Virus record (IMG/VR): IMGVR_UViG_3300025035_000070 | Coordinates: 1 to 32,482 of that record | Source: a virus | Lineage: Duplodnaviria; Caudoviricetes | Length of the DNA: 32,482 nucleotides | Strand: one strand, 5' to 3' | Shown: piece after piece, positions 25,396-32,482 of the stretch | Position numbering within the stretch: the first letter of the stretch is position 1 | Layout: every line of letters starts with the position of its first letter | Position numbers and translations under genes: made by a program | The notes under the pieces: model-generated | The model's input: the letters and a program-made list of their open reading frames with translations, nothing else | Told to the model about the DNA's origin: nothing | The model's database searches: none

Positions 25396-25624
25396 CGTCA
25401 GGGCGCGCGGGCGCGGGCTTGGGGGGCGGCGGCGTCCGGTTCGGCGGCGCATCCTTGGCGCGGCCAATGGCCAGCGCCAGCCATTCGATCACGCGATACA
25501 CCTTACCGACGAAAACATCATCGCGCGGCGTGGGCGTGATCGCCACCACCGCCGACGCAACAGCGACAACGGCGAATAGCGCATCAAGGATCGTCGGAAC
25601 AAGATTGAACAAAGCGTCCAGCAT
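25370..25624 (-). CDS. Small membrane protein of the TPTPxDD holin-like type
   Basis: Transmembrane helix followed by ITPTPRDD..VGKVYRVIEWLAL.IGRAK; GGAGA RBS. Confidence 0.65.
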   Translation of the reverse strand: MLDALFNLVPTILDALFAVVAVASAVVAITPTPRDDVFVGKVYRVIEWLALAIGRAKDAPPNRTPPPPKPAPARPDDAARNAGG

Positions 25625-25649
25625 GACGTTCTCCAGCGGTGGAACAGGG

Positions 25650-25676
25650 GCGCCCGCCCCATCACGGGGCGGGCGC
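25650..25676 (-). terminator. GC hairpin downstream of the capsid gene (attenuator or mRNA stabiliser)
   Basis: 11-bp perfect stem with a 5-nt loop and a weak U-tract. Confidence 0.55.
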
Positions 25677-25696
25677 GGCGGCGTCATGGCGACGGA

Positions 25697-27616
25697 TCAG
25701 GGAATGTGAACGCCGCGCGCAAAGCTGGCGGCGTGGCGCACCGCGTTGTCAGTGTCCTGAAACGCCGTCACTCGCACGGCGCCCGAGGTGGACAGCGAAT
25801 AGGGGTCCGCCATCAGGTCCAGACCGCTCCAGAAGCCTTGCACGAAATCGGCCCAGTTGCCGAACCACAGGTTGCCCGGAGCGATCTGCGTGGAAAGCTC
25901 GGCGCGCCATCCGGCCAGCGTGGCGCGGTCGATCATCATCATGGCGCTGTCGCCGGCCACCTTGGGCGTTGACATGAGATAGCCCGCCATCGCCGGGTTC
26001 ATGACATAGGCCAGCGATCCCGCGTCGGCGTTCTCGATGGCGATTTGCGCCCAGCAGTCGATCACTTCCGCCCAAGTCGGCTTTCCCAGCGTCACGAAAT
26101 CGACGCTTCCAACGCCCGCCGTGTCGGCCAGCCCGTCAGGCGCATCGGCGTCGGCGTCGCCCATGATCGCCGTCTTGTCGATGGCCAGCGCCAGAACCCG
26201 CGCCAGATCGCCCCTGATCAGGGCTTCAACCGAAAGCGAAGACTGCAACAGCAGCCGCCGCGAATAGGGCGTCCAGCCCGCAATGGTGTGCGGCGTCAGC
26301 GGCACTTGATCGACGGTGAACGCGGTGCTGGGGGGGGCGGTGTTTTCGCCAACCCAGCTTGCCGTCCCGCCGCCACTCTGGCGCGGAATGGCGACGTTAC
26401 CCTGCAGGCCGTCCAGGCGGGTCGCGCCGAGGCGCGCCAGCACGCTGTTGGCGCGCAGCAGCTCGATAAACGATCCAGCCTGCAGATCGGTGGCGACAAG
26501 GTTTCCGCCCGCCGTGGGCGTCCCCACGGTCTGGTCGCGCTGGCCATAGACGTGGCCCGGCTCCAGCACGTCCGCCGGAACCGCGAAGCCTTTCCAGCCG
26601 CGTTTCGGCTGCGCCGCCTTGGTGGCGTCGGAAACCTCACGCTCGAAGGCTGCGGCGGCCTGCGCGGCGTGATCGCCGGGGTTCGCCATCGCGTGCAGCG
26701 CGCGGGCGAAGCTGAAGCGCCGCGCCTCGGCCTCGGCCATGCCGATGGCGCTGGCCGCGTTCATGCGCGCCGGGGCGTTGTCGCCCAGATGCTCCAGCAC
26801 CACGCCGCGAAACTCGGCGATGGTGACGCCGCGCGCCTTGGCGCGCTCGCGCACCTCGGCGGCGATGTTGAACTGGGCGCCGATCTTGTCAATTTCTGCG
26901 CACCGCTCGCGCTCGGTCTTGCGGGCCTCGGCCAGCATGGCGTCCACGTCGCGGGCGGCGTCGCTGCGCGGCGCGGGGGCCGGGGTCGCGGCAGGCGCGG
27001 GGGTCGCGGCGGGCGCGGGCGTCGCCGCGCGCTGATCGTTGTTCTCGGGCATTGCGCCCTCCTCAATGTTGATGGTGATGAATGACAGGCCGTCCAGTCC
27101 GGTAGGATCGGAGCGGCCTATGCCTACGCTGGTGTCGGCTGGCGCCGCCACCAGGCTGATCTCGCGCGGGGTCCAGTGTGTCAGGCGAAACACGTCTTCG
27201 CCGTCCCGTTCGCCCACGCGCTGATACCGTTCGACGGAATAACGAACGCTGATGTTGCCTAACATCCCCGCCCGCACCTTTGCGAGCGCGTCCTGCGCTT
27301 CAGCGTGATCGCCGAACCGCGCCACCGCGCGGCCTTTTCCGTCCACGATGCTGGCGCTTTCAATCACGCCCAGCACCGAACCGATGCTGTTGTGATGATC
27401 GGCCAGCAGCGGGGCGCGCCCGGAATTGACCCACGCCAAATCCGCCTCACCCGGCTTGTGGCCAAGCACCTCCCAGCCAAAGACCCGCAAAACCGGTTCT
27501 TCGGATGAAAACGACAGCGTGACACGGTTTGCGTCCGCCTCGTCGCCCTCCATGCGCGCCAGCGCCGCCGTGACGCGCTGTTGGCTAGCAGGAACCCTGA
27601 TTGTTCTTTTCGGCAT
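25697..27616 (-). CDS. Fused HK97-type prohead protease and major capsid protein
   Basis: Protease motifs (LSFSSE.PV, PLLADH, ISV.Y, EISLV..PAD..VG.GR) followed by capsid motifs (GGNLVATD, FIELLR, IPRQ, FGNW, W.GLDL..DPY). GAGGAGG RBS before ATG 27616. Confidence 0.93.
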   Translation of the reverse strand: MPKRTIRVPASQQRVTAALARMEGDEADANRVTLSFSSEEPVLRVFGWEVLGHKPGEADLAWVNSGRAPLLADHHNSIGSVLGVIESASIVDGKGRAVARFGDHAEAQDALAKVRAGMLGNISVRYSVERYQRVGERDGEDVFRLTHWTPREISLVAAPADTSVGIGRSDPTGLDGLSFITINIEEGAMPENNDQRAATPAPAATPAPAATPAPAPRSDAARDVDAMLAEARKTERERCAEIDKIGAQFNIAAEVRERAKARGVTIAEFRGVVLEHLGDNAPARMNAASAIGMAEAEARRFSFARALHAMANPGDHAAQAAAAFEREVSDATKAAQPKRGWKGFAVPADVLEPGHVYGQRDQTVGTPTAGGNLVATDLQAGSFIELLRANSVLARLGATRLDGLQGNVAIPRQSGGGTASWVGENTAPPSTAFTVDQVPLTPHTIAGWTPYSRRLLLQSSLSVEALIRGDLARVLALAIDKTAIMGDADADAPDGLADTAGVGSVDFVTLGKPTWAEVIDCWAQIAIENADAGSLAYVMNPAMAGYLMSTPKVAGDSAMMMIDRATLAGWRAELSTQIAPGNLWFGNWADFVQGFWSGLDLMADPYSLSTSGAVRVTAFQDTDNAVRHAASFARGVHIP

Positions 27617-27626
27617 GTCGCCCTCC

Positions 27627-29150
27627 TCAGCCCGCGCTTGGCGGCGCGTCAGTCTCCAGCGGCGCGGCGGCGTCCGCCTCCACCGCCGTGGGCAGGTGCA
27701 GCCCCGCCGCCGCAAGCGTGCGCATGTCGGCGGCGTAGCGGCTCACCAGCTCCTCGAAATCCTGCCCGCGCTCGGCGGCCAGATCGCTCGGCGCGGCCAG
27801 CTTGTTGCGCAACAGCGTTTCGGCGGTGGTGGCCTCCTCGCGCGGCGTGATCGATTGCCAGCCCCGCGCCCGCCACACCGCCGGGCGATACCGCTCAAGG
27901 CTCTCCAGCCGCAGCGGCGCCAGCGCCTCGTTCACCAGTGCGGCGTCCAGCCACCTGTTGAACACCCGGCCATGAAACGCGGCGCTGAACCACGCATGAA
28001 GCGCGCGCCATTCGTCTCTCTCCTCGGAAAGCCCGGCGCGCAGGCTGGCGAAATTGGCTTGGCTCAGATCGCCGGTGGCGCTGGCGTAGCTTGTGCGCAT
28101 CCCCACGGTGGCCCCGCGCAGCATGTGCGCCACGAATGGCGCAAGCTCGGCGCTTGGATAATTCGGATCGAATGGCGCGATATCCCAGCCTGGGGGCAAA
28201 ACGCCGGTTTCCCCCGCCGCCACCTCCTCAATCGGCGATTGATCCCCGCCATCGGCGGCGGGCGTCGGCGCGTCATCGTCAGGCCGCTTGAAAAACACCA
28301 TCTTTGAAGCGCCGTAGCGCGCCGCCGCCAGCGCCGCCTCCTCGAACTTTTCGATCATGTTCAGGCGGCGCAATGCGGTGTGCAGCCATGGCCGCCCGAT
28401 GGTCTGCAATGGCTCCTCAGGCAGAAACAGGTGGATCACGTTCGCGGCCGGAATGCGTTCGCGCGCGCCGCGCCGGTGTGTCGCCTCGGCGTCGCCGCGC
28501 GGCGCGGGAAACATATGATAGGCCACGGCGCGGTCGCTGGCGTCGCACTCCACCCCGTTGCGGATATAGCCGCCACCGCGCAGGGCGCTGGCGTTCATCC
28601 CGATATCCAGGTGATCGATCGATAGCACCTGAAGCCGAAAGCCGAACCGGCCCATGGCGCGGCTAGTGACGATCCGCGCCAGAAAGTTTCCCTCGCTCGC
28701 CACCGCCTTGATCGCCAGCGCCTGAACGTCGCGCCAGCTCAGCCGCCCGCACAGCGTCGGCTCCCCCCACGCGCCCCATTGCGCCCAGCCCCGTTCGATC
28801 ACGCCGCGCGCCAGCGCGTCGGGCGCGGCCCCGTCCCTGAACGTCACTTGGCTTTGCAGCGCGATACCGCGCGGCCCGACAACCTGTCGCGCCACCATCC
28901 CAAGATAGCCGCGCACATAGTCGTTATTACGCGCCGCCTCGCGCGAATGCGCGATCAGGCCGGGAAGGTCGCGCGCCAGCACGCTGGCGGGCGCGTGATC
29001 CGCCATAAGGAACGGCGCCAGCCGGTCGGGGCGGGCGGCCCTGTAGGTGCGCGCGCCCGCCTGCGGCGCATCCTCTGGCGCTCGGCCCGCCGCCTCGGCG
29101 CGGCCTGCGCGCACGCGGATGCGCGGCTTTCCGGGCGTGGTCTGCGTCAT
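27627..29150 (-). CDS. Portal protein, lambda family
   Basis: SRE..RNNDY, VVG..GI.LQ, NGVE.D...R.VAYH and TGDLS.ANFAS.RAG. Confidence 0.93.
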   Translation of the reverse strand: MTQTTPGKPRIRVRAGRAEAAGRAPEDAPQAGARTYRAARPDRLAPFLMADHAPASVLARDLPGLIAHSREAARNNDYVRGYLGMVARQVVGPRGIALQSQVTFRDGAAPDALARGVIERGWAQWGAWGEPTLCGRLSWRDVQALAIKAVASEGNFLARIVTSRAMGRFGFRLQVLSIDHLDIGMNASALRGGGYIRNGVECDASDRAVAYHMFPAPRGDAEATHRRGARERIPAANVIHLFLPEEPLQTIGRPWLHTALRRLNMIEKFEEAALAAARYGASKMVFFKRPDDDAPTPAADGGDQSPIEEVAAGETGVLPPGWDIAPFDPNYPSAELAPFVAHMLRGATVGMRTSYASATGDLSQANFASLRAGLSEERDEWRALHAWFSAAFHGRVFNRWLDAALVNEALAPLRLESLERYRPAVWRARGWQSITPREEATTAETLLRNKLAAPSDLAAERGQDFEELVSRYAADMRTLAAAGLHLPTAVEADAAAPLETDAPPSAG

Positions 29151-29683
29151 GTGAATTGCACCCTTGTGGTCGCGATGGTCGCGCCGCCGCGCTCGCGGCG
29201 CACCAGCTCTGCGAAGAGGGCGCGCGCCTTCAGCAGCACGTCCATGGGCGTGCGGCTGATGCTGCGGCCCTCAATGGTGAAGGCGTCGGCGTCGGCGGTG
29301 GCGCGCTTATCAAGCGTGGCGTCGATTGCCGCCAGAATGCGGGCGTTCACGCTGCGCCCGTCCGCCGCCGTGGCGCTGGCCGGGTCTGGCCTGATCTCCA
29401 GATATCCCGCGCCGACGCTATGGCGCGACGAACCGTCGCCCACGGTCGCGGCCCATGCCCAGCGGCCCGGCGCGAACAGCGAAGATTGCGCTGGCGCAAC
29501 CGTGACCGCGAAGGCCGTGGCGGCGATGGTCTGCACCGAACCGCCCGCCTCGGGCGACAGGTGATAGGACAGGCTCCACCCGTCCGCTTGCGGCCACGCC
29601 TGCGCCAAATCTGGCCGCGACCATGCCCATGTGTCGCCCGCCGTCAGGGTTTGCGGCTCGCATTCTGTCGTATCGCCAGCCAT
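29147..29683 (-). CDS. Head completion/adaptor protein (gpW-like C-terminus)
   Basis: EP...TAGDTW.W, L.AI.A.L and FTIEGRSISR; lies between terL and portal. Confidence 0.7.
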   Translation of the reverse strand: MAGDTTECEPQTLTAGDTWAWSRPDLAQAWPQADGWSLSYHLSPEAGGSVQTIAATAFAVTVAPAQSSLFAPGRWAWAATVGDGSSRHSVGAGYLEIRPDPASATAADGRSVNARILAAIDATLDKRATADADAFTIEGRSISRTPMDVLLKARALFAELVRRERGGATIATTRVQFT

Positions 29684-29705
29684 GGCGCGCCCCTTGCTTT
29701 GATGA

Positions 29706-31865
29706 TCAGCGGCGCGCCCTGCGGCGCGCGGCCAGAAGCGATTTCATCGCCGCGACGTGCGACGGGTCCGCATTGGATGGCGGCGCGGGCGCTGGCGCTT
29801 GCGGCGGCGTCGCATTGCTGCGCGCGGCTGGCGGCGGCGTTTGCGCGCCACCGTCGCCCGGCGCGCTCCAGGCGTTCAGCGGCCCGGACAGCGCCCACGC
29901 CGGGGGGCGCTCCCAATCGATCCGCTCCCCGCCCAGCGTGATAGCCAACGCCAGTTGATACACGGCCAAGTCCAGCGCCTCGTTGCGGCGCTGGCCCGGC
30001 TTGGGCGCCCAGCCATCATCGCCGCGCGCCTCGGCGCAGAACTCGGCGAACACCTCGTCAGGCGCGGCGCGCGGGATGCGATAGGCGCGCGGGCCGTCAT
30101 CCTCACGCAACAGGCTGGCCAGCATTTCGTCCTTCAGGCGATCCGCGCCCACGTTGATCACCAGCACGTCGCGCGCCACGGCGCGGCGCTGGCGCCCCGG
30201 CTTCTGGTGCGCCGTCTCCGGGGCCTTCTCATAGGCGCGCTGGCGGTTGAACCCGCCCCAGCCCTTGGCCAGCCGGAACCGCCGCCCATGCGTCAGGCGC
30301 GCGGCGCGGTAATAGGCGAAAGCGCGATCCGTCGCGCCCGCCGGGCCTGCGCTGTCGCAGATGATCGCGGCGGCGCGCAGCGAATGCGATCCGCCAGCAA
30401 CCGGCCATGATCGTGAAAACAGCCCGTCCAGCGCCGCCCAATCCTCGAGATACTTGCTCGGATCAAGCGCCCGCTGGCCTGCGCGCGGCGCGCTGGGCGG
30501 CGGCGTGGCAATATCGAAGCGATCCACCATCGTGCGCGCAAGGCCGGGCCGCCACGCCTCCACCTGAACCGCGAAGCGCGCCGCCTGAATATCAACGCCG
30601 ATGGACAGAAACGCCGTGTCGGCGGGGCATACGCCCCACGGGTCCGCCGTTGCCAGCGCCTTCAGCGCGCCGACGCTCAGCCCCTCGGCCTTGGCGCGCG
30701 CGCGGGGCAGGTAGGACAAGCCCAGGTCAACGTTGGTGACACGCTGGAGCGCGCTTTCGTCGCCGGTGTCATCCGCCCTGCGGCGCGCCGTCTCATACCG
30801 CTGCACAAGCTCGGCATAGGTTGTCAGGGCGGCGGCGGGGCCGGGCAGCCACCATGACGCCATGCCGCCGGTGCGCACCGCGCCGGAAAGATCGGTCAGG
30901 CCGCCGCCGCGCGCCTCATGCAGCCACTGGCCGCCCCGGTTCATTTCCGCCTTGTGGCGCGCCTCGGTGAACCCTCCGCACTGCGGGCACACCATGACGG
31001 CGGCCTCACCGGCTTCGCCGGGGTCCGCGCTGGCGTCATAGCGCAGCCGCTCGAATGTCGGCTGAAACGGCGTGTCGCAATCGCGGCATGTCCAGTAAAG
31101 CCGCCCGCGCGATCCCTCGTTGAACAGCGCCGCGATGCCATCGGCGGGCGGCGCTTCATGCGGTGTCGCGGGCGTCCATTCCGCATCGGTGATCGGCTTT
31201 GACGGCGAACTCTCCGCCACCGCCATACCTGCGCTTCCCAGCGTCTGGCCGCGCTTGGCGGCCAGCCCGAAGGCGTCGCCCTCACCGTCCACGTTGGCGG
31301 GCATGGCGTCGTAATCCGTCAGGATCACCAGCGGGATGGTGCGCCCGCGAAACTGCGCCGCCACCGGCCAGCCGATGGTGACGCGCGCGCCGCCTGCGAA
31401 CGTCTTGGTCAGCAGGTTGTCCAGCCGCAGCCGCGCCGCCAACTCGGGCGAATTGGCGATGGTCGGGCCTAACTCCTCCTCACTGAACCGCTGCGCCGAG
31501 GTTTGCGTGGCGTGCACCACATGCACCAGGCGCGGCGACGCCAGCACCGCGTGCGCAATCGGGTTCATCACCAGCCCCTGCGTTTTCAGCGCGCGCGCTG
31601 GGCCGACGAAAACCGCCGCCGTGAACCGGCGCGACGTGGTGGCGTCCGCCGGTTCGCGCATGTAGGGCGCGGCGGCGTTATCCCATGGCCGCCAGAACGC
31701 GCCCACGGCGACGTTGCGCCTATTCGCGCAGTCCGAAACCGCAACGCGCTCTGGCGGGGCGATGGCGTCCAGCGCGGCGCGCAGGCATTCCCATGCGTCG
31801 CCGAACGCGGGCAACACGCCACCGGCCTGCCCGTAATCTGGAAAACTGCGGTCAATCCTCGCCAT
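29706..31865 (-). CDS. terL: Terminase large subunit, lambda GpA family
   Basis: APYMREP, Walker A-like GPARALKT, Walker B ILTDYD, ESSP, CxxC pairs, GVDIQ and RNEALDL. Confidence 0.95.
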   Translation of the reverse strand: MARIDRSFPDYGQAGGVLPAFGDAWECLRAALDAIAPPERVAVSDCANRRNVAVGAFWRPWDNAAAPYMREPADATTSRRFTAAVFVGPARALKTQGLVMNPIAHAVLASPRLVHVVHATQTSAQRFSEEELGPTIANSPELAARLRLDNLLTKTFAGGARVTIGWPVAAQFRGRTIPLVILTDYDAMPANVDGEGDAFGLAAKRGQTLGSAGMAVAESSPSKPITDAEWTPATPHEAPPADGIAALFNEGSRGRLYWTCRDCDTPFQPTFERLRYDASADPGEAGEAAVMVCPQCGGFTEARHKAEMNRGGQWLHEARGGGLTDLSGAVRTGGMASWWLPGPAAALTTYAELVQRYETARRRADDTGDESALQRVTNVDLGLSYLPRARAKAEGLSVGALKALATADPWGVCPADTAFLSIGVDIQAARFAVQVEAWRPGLARTMVDRFDIATPPPSAPRAGQRALDPSKYLEDWAALDGLFSRSWPVAGGSHSLRAAAIICDSAGPAGATDRAFAYYRAARLTHGRRFRLAKGWGGFNRQRAYEKAPETAHQKPGRQRRAVARDVLVINVGADRLKDEMLASLLREDDGPRAYRIPRAAPDEVFAEFCAEARGDDGWAPKPGQRRNEALDLAVYQLALAITLGGERIDWERPPAWALSGPLNAWSAPGDGGAQTPPPAARSNATPPQAPAPAPPSNADPSHVAAMKSLLAARRRARR

Positions 31866-32406
31866 CGATCAGCGCCGCCAGCTTGACGCGCGACGCTGAA
31901 AGCACGCCGTCGCAATACTTCACAACCATTTCCGTTTGTTCGCCGGTCAAGCCAAGCTCGCGCGCCAGATGATCGGGCAGCGCGTCCAGCGCATCGCGCA
32001 GCGATGCAAAGGACGCCTCCAGCATCGCCACCACCTGATCGGCCTCCACCAGCTCGCGCCGCTGGCGGGCTACAGCCATGTATCGCGCGGCGGCCTCATA
32101 GACTTCGCGCTGTTCGGCGGGCGATAGCGTTTCGCGCCGCGCCTGCGCCACCGGGTCCAACGCCAGCCGCAGTTGCGCAACCGTCTCCTCGGCGCGTTCC
32201 TGTTCCTCTTGGCGGCGGGCGTCACGATCCGCCCTCCACTTCAGGCAGGCTTGCGGATCGAACGCATAAGCGCGCCCGTTGGTCCCTTCCGAGACAACCG
32301 GCATTCCGGCCTTTCGCCACTGGTCAATCGTGTTCGGCGACACGCCCAGCGCGTCCGCAAGCTGATGTTTGTTCAGATGCGACAGGCCGTCCGCTGGCGC
32401 AGCCAT
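31852..32406 (-). CDS. terS: Terminase small subunit (Nu1/DUF1441-like)
   Basis: LNKHQLADALGVSPNTIDQWRKAGMP winged HTH and LDALPD; GAGG before ATG 32406 (the ORF is open to 32454). Confidence 0.88.
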   Translation of the reverse strand: MAAPADGLSHLNKHQLADALGVSPNTIDQWRKAGMPVVSEGTNGRAYAFDPQACLKWRADRDARRQEEQERAEETVAQLRLALDPVAQARRETLSPAEQREVYEAAARYMAVARQRRELVEADQVVAMLEASFASLRDALDALPDHLARELGLTGEQTEMVVKYCDGVLSASRVKLAALIDGED

Positions 32407-32467
32407 ATCAACAACCTCAACAATTTCCGCAACTTGCCTAAAACCCCACTCCATTCATTCAAACGGG

Positions 32468-32481
32468 GTCGCGAATTACCT
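32468..32481. repeat. Right copy of terminal direct repeat (candidate cos)
   Basis: Identical to 1..14 and directly upstream of the small terminase gene on the minus strand. Confidence 0.85.
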
Positions 32482-32482
32482 A

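Larger units (their letters stand above)
1..32482. mobile_element. Temperate siphophage genome, apparently complete, with a lambda-like head and an RcGTA-like tail
   Basis: Packaging, head, tail, immunity and replication modules are all present, no host housekeeping genes are seen, and the same 14-mer lies at both ends. Confidence 0.93.

Noticed and set aside
1-32482. Bona fide gene transfer agent cluster or phage-plasmid
   Set aside because: It has a cos-type GpA terminase and its own replication and immunity modules, unlike RcGTA, and no partition or protelomerase genes are seen

Overview
The window looks like a complete or nearly complete ~32.5-kb, very GC-rich temperate siphophage genome, probably of an alphaproteobacterial (Rhodobacterales-like) host. 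It is linearised at its packaging site, with a 14-bp repeat at both ends just upstream of the terminase. The late region (minus strand, 32.4k to 13.5k) has a lambda-type packaging/head module: small terminase, GpA large terminase, gpW-like adaptor, lambda portal and a fused protease-capsid gene. It continues with the tail tube, a frameshifted chaperone pair, the tape measure and an RcGTA-type tail tip (DUF2460, DUF2163, NlpC/P60, GTA-TIM 'megatron'). It also carries RcGTA head-spike homologues: two Rcc01079-like domains, one fused in frame to DUF2460, and a DUF2793 fibre. The centre holds an N-terminally truncated tyrosine integrase, a rightward early operon with an AT-rich insert and a cI/cro-like switch with palindromic operators. 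The left arm carries a split primase/D5-helicase replication module, a C5-methyltransferase-like gene and an iteron-rich putative origin. The most notable points are the distal-tail/spike-base fusion and the apparent loss of catalytic motifs in the integrase, the repressor peptidase domain and the GH108-like endolysin. All family assignments come from recognising motifs by eye; no database search was run.
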